Below, piece after piece: positions 10,720 through 20,783 of a stretch of DNA of 64,000 bases. Numbering within the stretch: the first letter of the stretch is position 1; every line of letters begins with the position of its first letter. This stretch comes from Parcubacteria group bacterium (lineage in GTDB: Bacteria > Patescibacteriota > Minisyncoccia > Moranbacterales > GCA-2747515). Position numbers and translations under genes: made by a program. Below the pieces are notes generated by a model. The model saw only the letters and a program-made list of their open reading frames with translations. It was not told the DNA's origin and made no database searches. The stretch covers positions 200,535-264,534 of the forward strand of contig JBAZXC010000001.1 of NCBI GenBank assembly GCA_041660065.1, given 5' to 3'.

Positions 10720-11583
10720 ATGGATCAAGTAAAAAATAAGAATATTTTTAGTAGCATAGGAAAAAATATCGTCAGGATTTTTGTTAAAGTTCTTTCTGAT
10801 TTTTTTGAGAAAAAAAGTAGAAGTGCGCTTCTTCTTGTTTTAGCATTTTTAATTTTTTGGAATCTAGGTTTTGTTGCCAGTCTGAACTGGATTGTATTTT
10901 TGGCCTTTCTTTTCTATGGATGGGAAAATAAAATTCTTGGCATCGGGGCTTTGATCTTTTTGAGTGTTTGTTTTACGCTTCTCTTTTTTCAACAAGATGC
11001 TTTTGCTGAAATCGCAGCTACGCAAGCATATTTTCTAATAGTCATGACCGTGGTTTTGCAAATAGTGGATTTTAAAAAAGAAAAAAAGATTGCATATCAG
11101 GAAGATGTGAATAGGGTAGAGGAGGTATTTAAAAGTTCTCATATAAAAAAAGAGGATGGGGAATGGGTTTTTGAAGGGGCTGTGGAGATACTGAGCGAAG
11201 AAGAAAAGCGTATGAAAAGAAAGAAAATGATGTATATATTACTCATATCTTTTCTATTTCTTGAGATTGCGGTGGTGTTTTTCAATTGGTCATTGATAGT
11301 GATTGTTTTTTGGATCATATGTGCTATAGCTGTAATTTTTCCAAAAAACGTAATAAAGTTTTTATTTTCCACAAGTATCTTTTTCTGTATTTTGGCTGTC
11401 ATCTCTATTATTTTTTCGCAAAAAGATTTGGCCACGGCATCGTATTTTGGGATACTTTTTGTTTTTGCATTTATCGCTGTGATTGTGAGTTTGCGGGTCT
11501 TTGGGAGGAAAGCGCCAAATTCTCCGAGAAAATGGGTGAGAAGTTTTTCGTACTTGCATAAAAATAAGAAATCAGATGAATAA
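10720..11583 (+). CDS. Hypothetical membrane protein with two similar hydrophobic halves
   Basis: Two clusters of TM helices separated by a charged linker. Confidence 0.6.
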   Translation: MDQVKNKNIFSSIGKNIVRIFVKVLSDFFEKKSRSALLLVLAFLIFWNLGFVASLNWIVFLAFLFYGWENKILGIGALIFLSVCFTLLFFQQDAFAEIAATQAYFLIVMTVVLQIVDFKKEKKIAYQEDVNRVEEVFKSSHIKKEDGEWVFEGAVEILSEEEKRMKRKKMMYILLISFLFLEIAVVFFNWSLIVIVFWIICAIAVIFPKNVIKFLFSTSIFFCILAVISIIFSQKDLATASYFGILFVFAFIAVIVSLRVFGRKAPNSPRKWVRSFSYLHKNKKSDE

Positions 11584-13201
11584 TTTTTTCAAAAAGTATT
11601 ATTGGGTCGTATTTTCTGTTATTGCGATCATCCTGATCTATCCATCGTTTACGCGCGGATATATTTTTGCATTGGATTGGACGATCCGACCATTCATCGC
11701 ATGGTCGGATATTGTCTGGTCCAAACCGTTGGGGTGGAGTATTTGTGATATTTTGGCGATTGTCATGACATTTGAGGTGTTTCAGAGAGTATTACTTTTT
11801 GCAATGATCACATTGACCGGTGTTGCGGGATTTCGTCTGGCAAAAAACACGCGCAATATCTTCGCACAATATTTTGCCGGACTATTTTTGATCTTCAATC
11901 CGTTCTTTTATGCGCGCATGCTGGAACAGACGATGTTGATCGGGGCGGGGATTGTCTCTTTTTTCTGGTTTTGGGCATGGTTCAAAGAATCGATAGAAGA
12001 GGGTAATGACGTGAAAAAATTGATCTATTCTGCTTTGGCGGGGGCGCTGGCTATTTCGTTTTTCGCACATAGCATCTTTTTCGTTGCGAGCGTGTTTGTG
12101 GTGTTGAGCATAGTGGCATATGCCCGAAAGAAGGATTGGAAAAGGATCATCACGATGACGGTGATGTTTTGGACGATCGTTTTTGCTGTGAATGGCAACT
12201 GGATCTTTGCCTCTTTTGCAGAGGGTGACACATGGGCGAGCAAGGTGGTCAATTTCACGCAGGATGATGTGGAAGCGTTCAAGACGCGGAAGATCGGGGG
12301 TTATTCTGTCTATATGACGGTCTTATCTCTCCAGGGGTATTGGGGTGAGTATCAGGATCGTTTTGTCTCTGTGCAGGATAATATGCTATGGTTTCCTGCG
12401 TTTGTTTGTATTATTTTTTTGGTCTTTTTTGGCCTGGTGCGACTATGGCGCAAAAGTATTTTTGTGAAACCTTTCGTGTTTCTTTTTCTGCTTGCTTTTG
12501 TGTTGGCAATTGGGGTGGCGTCACCGCTAGTCAAACCGTGGGTGTTATGGCTGTATCAGCATGTGCCATTTTATATCGGATTGCGTGAGCCGCAAAAATG
12601 GGTTGTGATCATGGTTGTGGTATATGCATTTTTGGGCGCGTGGGGCATAAAATACATTCTCGATATAGATAAAGTAAAAAAATATCGATGGGGCGTTGGT
12701 GTGTTGTGTGCCATTTTGCCGGTCATTTTTTCTTTTTCTGTGATCCGAGGGATGCATGAATATTTTACACCGCATGATTTCCCTTTGGCGTGGCAGTCGG
12801 CGAGAGTGTATCTGCAATCGCAACAGAGCGATGGTAAAATATTGTTTTTGCCGTGGCATTCATATATGAAGTTTGATTTCGCCGGAAAAAATATCACCAA
12901 TCCCGCCAAGGCGTATTTTGGCAAAAATGTGATCAGTGGCAACAATGTGGAGTTTGGTGGCGTATATTCCAATTTTACCGATGCACAAACGCAGACGATC
13001 CAGCGATATGTTTTGGGTGCGGGGGAGGGTGCTGATTTTCATGGTGATATGGTTTCTCTGGGCATCGAAACCATCATAGTGGCAAAAGTGGAGGATTGGC
13101 AAACATATGTATGGATGGGTGATGCCATCGGTGTGCAAAAAGTCATGGAAAACGATGCACTGATCATCTATCGTGTGGATACGGGAGCTAAATCGGAATA
13201 A
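11576..13201 (+). CDS. Polytopic membrane protein, putative GT-C (AftD-like) glycosyltransferase
   Basis: Multiple TM helices; FALD, FNPFFYAR, GLREPQKW and ILFLPW motifs. Confidence 0.55.
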   Translation: MNNFFKKYYWVVFSVIAIILIYPSFTRGYIFALDWTIRPFIAWSDIVWSKPLGWSICDILAIVMTFEVFQRVLLFAMITLTGVAGFRLAKNTRNIFAQYFAGLFLIFNPFFYARMLEQTMLIGAGIVSFFWFWAWFKESIEEGNDVKKLIYSALAGALAISFFAHSIFFVASVFVVLSIVAYARKKDWKRIITMTVMFWTIVFAVNGNWIFASFAEGDTWASKVVNFTQDDVEAFKTRKIGGYSVYMTVLSLQGYWGEYQDRFVSVQDNMLWFPAFVCIIFLVFFGLVRLWRKSIFVKPFVFLFLLAFVLAIGVASPLVKPWVLWLYQHVPFYIGLREPQKWVVIMVVVYAFLGAWGIKYILDIDKVKKYRWGVGVLCAILPVIFSFSVIRGMHEYFTPHDFPLAWQSARVYLQSQQSDGKILFLPWHSYMKFDFAGKNITNPAKAYFGKNVISGNNVEFGGVYSNFTDAQTQTIQRYVLGAGEGADFHGDMVSLGIETIIVAKVEDWQTYVWMGDAIGVQKVMENDALIIYRVDTGAKSE

Positions 13202-13296
13202 ATGCCTTAAATACAAGCTTTTTTGGCGGTTTTTAGCCTCTTTCAACTGATGTCGGCAGGAGCATGATCGAGGGGTTATTTCCACGGGGTAGGCAC

Positions 13297-13325
13297 TTGA
13301 CAGATTATGCAATGGGTGCTACAAT
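13297..13325 (+). promoter_or_regulatory. sigma70 promoter
   Basis: TTGACA-17 bp-TACAAT with extended TG. Confidence 0.7.
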
Positions 13326-13393
13326 AGCATTAGCTTTAAGAAGGTGTCCTAATAAGGTCATTATTATTGTTATTAATTAAAGAAGATAATTTT

Positions 13394-13756
13394 ATGAAAA
13401 AGTATATCGTCATTTCTTTAATCAGCATTTTCGGCCTATCGGCAATCGTGCCGGCTGTTTCTGCCAATTATGGAGAGGATAATAGTTTACTCGGGTATGT
13501 CAAAGAATACCAAACTTTAGTTCCTTTAGCGCATGCTAAAGTGAAGCTTTACAAAAAAAGTGGAAAGTTAAAGGATTCTGACAAGACGAATTTACGCGGT
13601 AAATACCATTTTTCTGATCTCACAGAAGGAACGTATAAAGTAAAAGTACGAGTGGAAGGATATAGAAATCCAAAGGATATCCGAAAAGATACCGTCTCCA
13701 AAACTATAAAGGTGGACGGAAAGGATCGACAGAATTTATATCTTCAAAAAATGTAA
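13394..13756 (+). CDS. Secreted carboxypeptidase regulatory-like (prealbumin fold) domain protein
   Basis: Signal peptide; PLAHAKVKL...TNLRGKYHFSDLTEGTYKVKVRVEGY. Confidence 0.75.
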   Translation: MKKYIVISLISIFGLSAIVPAVSANYGEDNSLLGYVKEYQTLVPLAHAKVKLYKKSGKLKDSDKTNLRGKYHFSDLTEGTYKVKVRVEGYRNPKDIRKDTVSKTIKVDGKDRQNLYLQKM

Positions 13757-13772
13757 TTCATTCGAATTTTGA

Positions 13773-13804
13773 AAAAAGTGTCTCACTTAGGTTAGACACT
13801 TTTT
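13773..13804 (+). terminator. Intrinsic terminator
   Basis: aaaaagtgtct-loop-agacacttttt hairpin. Confidence 0.65.
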
Positions 13805-13841
13805 GTTTTACTTGGGAGTAAAAAAGTTTTATAATACATAC

Positions 13842-14639
13842 ATGCGTAATTTCAAAAAAAAATATCTCCAAGACAAATACATCTTTATTTTTTTGGGAGC
13901 GGCGATCATTGCCGTGGGAACTTTTGGTTTTCGAGATCATCTCTATAAGTTGGGACAGACGGAGGATACGGTTGATACATTTGAGGACACGATGCCGGCA
14001 CAATGTGAAAATGGCGATTGGATCGAATTTCCCGACATGACCGGTGCCAATCAGTATGAAAAATTTCTCGGTAAAGAGAAATTGTCCTATGACGAGGCAC
14101 ATAGCACACTCACAAGTGAGGATGGTACAAAAAACTTTATTACCGATGAGCGATACTCGCTATTCTTTTTTGTGGGTAGAAATGTGCAAATCGATGGGTA
14201 TAAGTTGAAAAACGGTGAGATCTATGCAAAGAAGGTAAAGTGTATCGGTGCAGAATCTGACAAGAATGCCCTCTACACAAGAAGGAAACTCATGAGCTAT
14301 ATCAAGGAGAATATCAATTCACTGGCTTTGGAACAAGCACCACACGACGTGTGGCAGGTGGAAAATTTTTACTTTGTCAATGATGCGGACCTTTATGTGG
14401 AGTATGAGACAGAGGGTTCATTTATGGAGGAGGCACCCTATGATGCACATCTGTGGCTCATTCGTGTGTCTGAATGGAGCGGGGACATCCCTGTCATCAA
14501 GACATTGGCATACATCCAGGAAGATCCGGATGATTTTGACAAAAACATCGTGAAGCAAGGGGAGGACATATACAAAAACACAAAGAATATGACAATTTAC
14601 GAATTTGACGATGAGATGAATCAGTGGGTTTTGCAATAG
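13842..14639 (+). CDS. Hypothetical membrane-anchored protein
   Basis: N-terminal TM helix followed by an acidic soluble domain. Confidence 0.65.
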   Translation: MRNFKKKYLQDKYIFIFLGAAIIAVGTFGFRDHLYKLGQTEDTVDTFEDTMPAQCENGDWIEFPDMTGANQYEKFLGKEKLSYDEAHSTLTSEDGTKNFITDERYSLFFFVGRNVQIDGYKLKNGEIYAKKVKCIGAESDKNALYTRRKLMSYIKENINSLALEQAPHDVWQVENFYFVNDADLYVEYETEGSFMEEAPYDAHLWLIRVSEWSGDIPVIKTLAYIQEDPDDFDKNIVKQGEDIYKNTKNMTIYEFDDEMNQWVLQ

Positions 14640-14657
14640 ACGTTAATAGAAATATTC

Positions 14658-15935
14658 ATGAGTTGGATCAGCGAGAGCAAAAAAATAATCAAGAGCGGAT
14701 CTGTATTTTTTGTTAGTAGTGTCGTGGTCAGTGTTTTGGCGTATGGATTTCATCTCTTTGCCGCGAGGATTTTGGAAGTTGCCGATTATGGGTCATTGCA
14801 GACATTGATCTCGTTGCAAAATATCGCTCTTATCCCGATCACGATACTGATCGCGCTTTTGACCAGGACCATGGCAGAATACAAGCATGATCATGCCGAA
14901 GAAAAAAGTCTTATCTTGCGAATGGAACTACGGAATTTGTTTTTATTTCCGGGTGTCTTGATCTTGCCAATCCTTTTTTTGATCACGCCTTTTTTGAAAT
15001 CATTTTTTCACATCGATTCCACGATCGCCTTTGTCCTTTTGTGGATCACTCTGTATCTCACGATCTTTCAGGGTATTGATGGTAGCCTCCTCAATGGGTG
15101 GCATAAATTTTTTGAGTCAAATGTGAGCACAGTGACAAACGGGGTGTCAAAATTTGTTTTGGGTTTGTCTCTGATGGCTTTGGGACTGGGCATCGTCGGT
15201 GGATTTTTGGGGATCACTATTGGTTTTGCGCTTGGCACATTGATCAATATGTATTTTGTCTCTTCCAAATTTTCTCGTGCAAAAAGTATAGGAAAAAATA
15301 ATGTGAAAATCTTGCCCATGGATAAAAAGGGTATGATAAAAGCATTTACATATTCTTATCCTGTGATCATGGGGATCATTGCCATTGCTATTTTTTCTAA
15401 TGTAGATACACTGATCGCCAAACATCATTTTAGTGCTATAGATGCAGGAAGATACGGCGGACTTTTTGTCCTTTCAAAGATCATTTTTTTTGCTGTGAGC
15501 AGTCTTTCTGCCATTGTCGTTCCTCTGCTGACGGCAGAAAAGGATGTCAAGAAGAAGAATCGTTATTTTTTATTGATCATGGTCGCAAATCTGTTGATCG
15601 CCGGTGTGAGTGTGCTCATTTTTTACATATTTCCGGAGATCGTCATCGGTTTATTGTTCGGTCATGAATATTTGGATATTGCTCCGTATCTGGCTAAATT
15701 TGGGCTACTGGCACTTTTTTTGAGCACGCTCAATATCTTTGTCCAGTATTTTATTTCTTTGAAGTACAAAGGTATTCTGGTGGTCATAACGATCATTTCT
15801 TTAGGAGAAATCATATTCCTTTGGTTTTTTGGAACAAATTTTATCCAGTTCTTTTTTATCATCCTCATCTCTCTTGGAATCGCCAATGTCATAAGTTGCG
15901 GATATTTTTGGAAAAGATCGATCAGTATGGCGTAA
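14658..15935 (+). CDS. Wzx/MATE-like oligosaccharide flippase
   Basis: About 12 TM helices; ARILEVADYG and NVDTLIAKH...AGRY motifs. Confidence 0.85.
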   Translation: MSWISESKKIIKSGSVFFVSSVVVSVLAYGFHLFAARILEVADYGSLQTLISLQNIALIPITILIALLTRTMAEYKHDHAEEKSLILRMELRNLFLFPGVLILPILFLITPFLKSFFHIDSTIAFVLLWITLYLTIFQGIDGSLLNGWHKFFESNVSTVTNGVSKFVLGLSLMALGLGIVGGFLGITIGFALGTLINMYFVSSKFSRAKSIGKNNVKILPMDKKGMIKAFTYSYPVIMGIIAIAIFSNVDTLIAKHHFSAIDAGRYGGLFVLSKIIFFAVSSLSAIVVPLLTAEKDVKKKNRYFLLIMVANLLIAGVSVLIFYIFPEIVIGLLFGHEYLDIAPYLAKFGLLALFLSTLNIFVQYFISLKYKGILVVITIISLGEIIFLWFFGTNFIQFFFIILISLGIANVISCGYFWKRSISMA

Positions 15936-15946
15936 GAGAATGGCGG

Positions 15947-15975
15947 TTGACATCAGAGCGATATTTCCGTATAAT
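15947..15975 (+). promoter_or_regulatory. sigma70 promoter of orphan gene
   Basis: Perfect TTGACA-17 bp-TATAAT. Confidence 0.8.
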
Positions 15976-16034
15976 GAAATGTTGTTTTTTGATAATCATA
16001 AAATATCGGATCATATCATTTATGAGGGGAGAAC

Positions 16035-16664
16035 ATGATGAAACTTTTTGGGAATAGAGTATCTGTTTCAAAAGAAGAAATCGAGGATCGGCGGATGTAT
16101 TTGATCGATGAGTTGGGGATATCGCCGGGAAGCGTGCGCTATTTGGAAAAATATGCGCCGACCTTGTGTGATCTCGTCACTGTGCAAAAACGATATGATC
16201 ATTTGGTGCGCTTGGGGTTTGCTGATCCGTGTGCATTCATAAACAACAACCCGTTCATTATTATGCGATCATGTGAGAATGTGGCAGAAAAGTTTCATTT
16301 GTGGAAAGATGCCATCGCGCAATTTGATCCACATGTTGATATCTATCAACTACTTGATGAACGCTTACAGATCCTAAGTGCTTCATCACGAAAGGCGCGT
16401 GTGATCTTCTTGCTCGCAAAACATCTTGCACGTGATGTGAATGCCGATCGTCTGTGCAATATTGTGACACTGAATCTCGAAGACGTCTTGCTCGCGTATA
16501 TCAACTATACGTGTCAAAACTTTTTTGATCTCTGTGTCAAAGCACGTAAAATGCGCAAAGAGATGAAAGGGAAACCCGTTCATTTCAAACGTGGCATGGT
16601 GATGTATATGCGCAAAAAACTTCCACCCGATGTGGAAAGTGCGTATAGAGAATCATTAGAATGA
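16035..16664 (+). CDS. Hypothetical helical protein with mTERF-like repeats
   Basis: SD GAGGGGAG; repeats such as LVRLGFADPCAFINNNPFIIMRSCENVAEK. Confidence 0.5.
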   Translation: MMKLFGNRVSVSKEEIEDRRMYLIDELGISPGSVRYLEKYAPTLCDLVTVQKRYDHLVRLGFADPCAFINNNPFIIMRSCENVAEKFHLWKDAIAQFDPHVDIYQLLDERLQILSASSRKARVIFLLAKHLARDVNADRLCNIVTLNLEDVLLAYINYTCQNFFDLCVKARKMRKEMKGKPVHFKRGMVMYMRKKLPPDVESAYRESLE

Positions 16665-16671
16665 TAGGGCC

Positions 16672-16706
16672 AAACCGTTGACATGTGTTCATGTCAACGG
16701 TTTTTC
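16672..16706 (+). terminator. Intrinsic terminator
   Basis: aaaccgttgacat-loop-atgtcaacggttt followed by T residues. Confidence 0.75.
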
Positions 16707-16789
16707 TTTGACGAAGACGGTAAATTTTGATAGAATTGATGCGTGTTTATTTTGCTGTATGTATGCAGGAAATGAATGGTTATTTTATT

Positions 16790-19453
16790 ATGCAAAAAAA
16801 GAATATGACACTTTTCCAGAAACTATTTGGTTCAAACGAAAAACAATTAAAGAAATTGCAACCGATCATTGATCGGATCAATGCAATGGAGGAAGCGACA
16901 AAAAATTTGTCCGATGAGGGCATTAAAGCCAAAACTGCCGAATTAAAAGCACAATTACGGGATGGAAAAACCTGTGATGACATTTTGCCGGAGGCTTTTG
17001 CGCTTGTGCGCGAGGCATCATATCGCGCGATCGGACAGCGACATTATGATGTACAGCTCTTGGGTGGCATCATCCTTCATGAAGGCAAAATCGCAGAGAT
17101 GAAAACCGGTGAAGGAAAGACTCTCACATCGACATTGCCGATCTATCTCAATGCATTGGAAGGCAAGGGTGTGCATGTAGTGACGGTCAATGATTATCTG
17201 GCAAAACGTGACTGTAATTGGATGGGCGCAGTCTATGAAAAGCTGGGTTTGCAAGCGGCGTGCATCACACATGACGGCGGTTTTTTGTATTATGCAAAAA
17301 CCATTGACACAAATGAAGTGGATATTGAAGTGGAAAATTTGACCGCTGTGTCAAAAAAGGAAGCCTATGACGCGGATATTACATATGGAACGAATAACGA
17401 ATTCGGTTTTGATTATTTGCGCGACAATATGGCGCAGTCCAAAGAGCAATTATCACAGCGTGGACATCATTACGCGATCGTCGATGAGGTGGACTCGATC
17501 CTTATCGATGAAGCGCGTACGCCGCTTATCATCTCGGCACCGGACGCGGAATCAACCAAATTATATGAACAATTTGCCTCTTTCGTCCCACAATTGGTGC
17601 GCGATACGGATTATACGGTGGATGAGAAGTTGCGATCTGTCGCGATCACAGATGCGGGCATCGAAAAAGTGGAGAAGACACTCGGTATCGGCAACATCTA
17701 TGAACAAGGCAAGATCCAATATGTGCATCATTTGGAGCAGTCGCTCAAAGCGGAAACACTTTTTACGCGAGACAAAGATTATATGGTGCGCGATGGCGAG
17801 GTGGTGATCATCGATGAATTTACGGGACGTGCACAAGAGGGACGCCGGTACAGCGATGGATTGCATCAAGCGATCGAAGCAAAGGAACATGTCGAGGTGC
17901 AAAGAGAATCGCGTACACTTGCGACGATCACGTTTCAAAATTATTTCCGTATGTACAAAAAGTTAGCCGGTATGACGGGTACGGCAAATACAAGCGCGGA
18001 GGAATTTCAAAAAGTATACAAACTCGATGTGATCGAGATCCCTACAAACAAAAAAATGATCCGTACGGATCTGCCGGATGTTGTGTACAAAAATGAACGG
18101 GGCAAATTTAACGCGATCGTTGCCAAGATCAAAGAACTCAACGAAAACGGACAACCGGTTCTCGTGGGCACGGTGGCGATCGAAAAATCCGAAGCATTGA
18201 GTCGCGCACTGGAAAAAGCACGTATCTCACACAGTGTGCTCAATGCCAAATTTCATGAAAAAGAAGCCCAGATCATCGCCGATGCGGGACAGAGAGGATC
18301 GGTGACAATTGCAACCAATATGGCGGGACGCGGCACGGATATCAAACTCGGTGACGGTGTGGCGGATCTTGGCGGATTGTATATTATCGGTACGGAACGA
18401 CACGAAGCGCGACGCATCGACAATCAGTTGCGCGGACGCTCCGGTCGCCAAGGAGATGCAGGGACAACACAATTTTACATTTCTCTGGATGATGAATTGA
18501 TGCGACGGTTTGGCGGAGATAAGCTCAAAAGTATCATGGAGAAACTCGGTTTGCCGGAAGATCAACCAATTCAAAACGGCATGATCTCCAAACAGATCGA
18601 GGGAGCACAATCCAAGATCGAGGGATTTAACTTTGATATCCGCAAACACGTATTGGATTATGATAACGTCGTCAACAAACAACGTGAGATCGTTTATGAG
18701 AAACGTCGCAGTACGCTTGAAAGTGCTGATGTAAAGACGCAGATCATGGATCTCTTGCATGAAGAGATCGAAAAGGTGATCAGTATCCATACGACAGGAG
18801 AGCGTTATGCGTGGGAAGTGGAGAATATACGCAAGGATATCGTGGGAATGTTTCCTGTGAATGATGATGGGATCAAAAAAGCGGAAAATATCATCAAGGA
18901 TCACAGCAAGGATGATCGTGAAACAGTGAGTGCGGTCATTGAGCATTTTTTTGCGCTGGCAAAAAACGCATACGGCATGAAAGAAAAGGAAAATGGTGAT
19001 GTAGCAATGCGTGCAATCGAACGATCGATCCTCTTGCGCACGATCGATCAGCATTGGATGAATCATTTGGATGCGATCGATCATTTGAGGCAGGGCATCG
19101 GTCTGCGCGGATATGGACAGCAGGATCCTCTTATCGAATACAAGCGCGAGGCGTTTGATATGTTTTCACAACTTATGGCAAATATTCGCAATACAGTATT
19201 GCATACGATCTTTCGTGCAGTCATTGTGCGTCCGGAAGACAGTGCAATGGCACAAATGGCACAGAGCATGGAGTTTGCCGGTGCAGAAAGCAATCCGGCA
19301 CAATTTGCCGCAGCCGCCGCCCAAGAGGAGAAGAAATTATTGTCCAGTATGCCAAAGATCGAAAAACCGGCACAGAGCGCACATACTGTCGGACGCAATG
19401 ATGATTGCCCATGTGGCAGTGGCAAAAAATATAAGAAATGTCACGGGAAATAA
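16790..19453 (+). CDS. secA: Preprotein translocase ATPase SecA
   Basis: EMKTGEGKT, IVDEVDSILIDEARTPLIIS, ATNMAGRGTDI and the C-terminal GRNDDCPCGSGKKYKKCHG motif. Confidence 0.99.
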   Translation: MQKKNMTLFQKLFGSNEKQLKKLQPIIDRINAMEEATKNLSDEGIKAKTAELKAQLRDGKTCDDILPEAFALVREASYRAIGQRHYDVQLLGGIILHEGKIAEMKTGEGKTLTSTLPIYLNALEGKGVHVVTVNDYLAKRDCNWMGAVYEKLGLQAACITHDGGFLYYAKTIDTNEVDIEVENLTAVSKKEAYDADITYGTNNEFGFDYLRDNMAQSKEQLSQRGHHYAIVDEVDSILIDEARTPLIISAPDAESTKLYEQFASFVPQLVRDTDYTVDEKLRSVAITDAGIEKVEKTLGIGNIYEQGKIQYVHHLEQSLKAETLFTRDKDYMVRDGEVVIIDEFTGRAQEGRRYSDGLHQAIEAKEHVEVQRESRTLATITFQNYFRMYKKLAGMTGTANTSAEEFQKVYKLDVIEIPTNKKMIRTDLPDVVYKNERGKFNAIVAKIKELNENGQPVLVGTVAIEKSEALSRALEKARISHSVLNAKFHEKEAQIIADAGQRGSVTIATNMAGRGTDIKLGDGVADLGGLYIIGTERHEARRIDNQLRGRSGRQGDAGTTQFYISLDDELMRRFGGDKLKSIMEKLGLPEDQPIQNGMISKQIEGAQSKIEGFNFDIRKHVLDYDNVVNKQREIVYEKRRSTLESADVKTQIMDLLHEEIEKVISIHTTGERYAWEVENIRKDIVGMFPVNDDGIKKAENIIKDHSKDDRETVSAVIEHFFALAKNAYGMKEKENGDVAMRAIERSILLRTIDQHWMNHLDAIDHLRQGIGLRGYGQQDPLIEYKREAFDMFSQLMANIRNTVLHTIFRAVIVRPEDSAMAQMAQSMEFAGAESNPAQFAAAAAQEEKKLLSSMPKIEKPAQSAHTVGRNDDCPCGSGKKYKKCHGK

Positions 19454-19474
19454 AATACCCGTCAATCTAAATAT

Positions 19475-19504
19475 ACCCCCTCTCCCCTCAAGGGGAGAGG
19501 GGGT
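19475..19504. repeat. Perfect 14-bp inverted repeat (terminator or REP-like hairpin)
   Basis: accccctctcccct-ca-aggggagagggggt directly after secA. Confidence 0.75.
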
Positions 19505-19564
19505 TATTAGAACATATCTAAACAAGAGGTCTTTTGGGTTTTTTCTATTGGCGAAAAACCCCTC

Positions 19565-19656
19565 TTGTCATTCCCGTGAAAATTTGCATTGTATGTGGAA
19601 TAGTTTTGGATTCCCGTCCCCCGATTTCTCGAGGACAAGCTTCACGGGAATGACAA
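19565..19656. repeat. Palindromic MITE/REP-like element, copy 1
   Basis: Terminal inverted repeats ttgtcattcccgtgaa / ttcacgggaatgacaa; the 3' about 48 bp is nearly identical to the copy at 24423. Confidence 0.85.
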
Positions 19657-19671
19657 ATTGATAAAAGGAAG

Positions 19672-19700
19672 TTGACAGGAGACAAAATAAGTGCTATAAT
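19672..19700 (+). promoter_or_regulatory. sigma70 promoter of orphan gene
   Basis: Perfect TTGACA-17 bp-TATAAT with extended TG. Confidence 0.8.
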
Positions 19701-19774
19701 GAAATCCTGTTCTTAGAAAATAATGCCAAGTGTAAATTTGGTATAAATAACAAAAAACAAGGAGGAAAGTTGTG

Positions 19775-20065
19775 ATGAACGATGTAAAAAAGATCTTTGT
19801 CGTGTGCAGCGGAGAGGGATGTGGTAACGTATTGGGCTGTTTTGACAAGTACGGCATCAATCGTATTTGTATTGTCGATTGTGGCAAACAAACACCGCAT
19901 GGAAAAGAGCAATTTTTCCAGTGCACAGATACAAAGGATCATGTTGAGCAAGGCGATCTCAGTGGTTACAAAATAGAGCTCGATGAAAAGGGCTCTTGTG
20001 ACCTATGTCCTACTTCAGCTACTGCCAAACTGGATTTGGAGCCGGTAGCGTATATGTCCTCATAA
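19775..20065 (+). CDS. Small Cys-rich hypothetical protein, possibly Zn-binding
   Basis: SD GGAGG; CxxxxC, CxxDC and CxxC motifs; own terminator at about 20076-20108. Confidence 0.65.
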   Translation: MNDVKKIFVVCSGEGCGNVLGCFDKYGINRICIVDCGKQTPHGKEQFFQCTDTKDHVEQGDLSGYKIELDEKGSCDLCPTSATAKLDLEPVAYMSS

Positions 20066-20159
20066 GGTTTTGTTGAGAGTCCTCGTGTATAATTGCGCGA
20101 GGACTCTTCTATTTTTATCAAAATTTTTCTATTTTTCAATTCGATGATAAAATAAACAA

Positions 20160-20654
20160 ATGGTCATACGAAAACAATTTCCACGATTCTTGTCACCGTA
20201 TTGTATTGCACTGGAGAAATCTGTCGGTGCGGTGGTTTTCCGCGTCGAAAATGGAGAAAGGCAGTATCTCGTGATCAAATATCGTAATGGGCATTGGGAA
20301 TTTCCACGTGGGCACATCGAAGACGATGAAACAGAGATCGATACAATGCGCAGGGAGATCCTGGAAGAGGTCAATGTGACAGAATTGGAGGTTGTCCCCT
20401 CATTTCGGGAAAATATTCGTTTTTTTTATACGGCGCAAGGACGGGAAAGAAAGGAGCGTTGTGCGCAAAAAAATTGTATCTTTGTGCATAAGAAAGCAAC
20501 ATTTTATCTTGTCGAGGTACAAGCCCTGGATACGATCGCACTTTCGCATGAACATACGGATTTTGTATGGCTGACATTTCCGGAAGCCTATGAAAAACTG
20601 ACATTTGCCAATGCGCGGTCCGTCCTCAAAAAAGCGCATCAACATGTATGTTGA
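20160..20654 (+). CDS. NUDIX hydrolase, Ap4A hydrolase-like
   Basis: HWEFPRGHIEDDETEIDTMRREILEE Nudix box and LSHEH motif. Confidence 0.88.
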   Translation: MVIRKQFPRFLSPYCIALEKSVGAVVFRVENGERQYLVIKYRNGHWEFPRGHIEDDETEIDTMRREILEEVNVTELEVVPSFRENIRFFYTAQGRERKERCAQKNCIFVHKKATFYLVEVQALDTIALSHEHTDFVWLTFPEAYEKLTFANARSVLKKAHQHVC

Positions 20655-20783
20655 GAAGTGATCGTTTGCATTTTAGTGCCGATATAGTACAATAACCGAG
20701 AGCTGTGTTTTCTACAAAATTTCCGTATGATGACATGGAAAAAGAAAACGTTTTTTTGAGGTAATTACCTTTTATTTTTTTAT

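Noticed and set aside
18227-19084. Long antisense ORFs (also 27600-28454, 38791-39666 and 55710-56354)
   Set aside because: They lie opposite well-supported genes and have no recognisable motifs.
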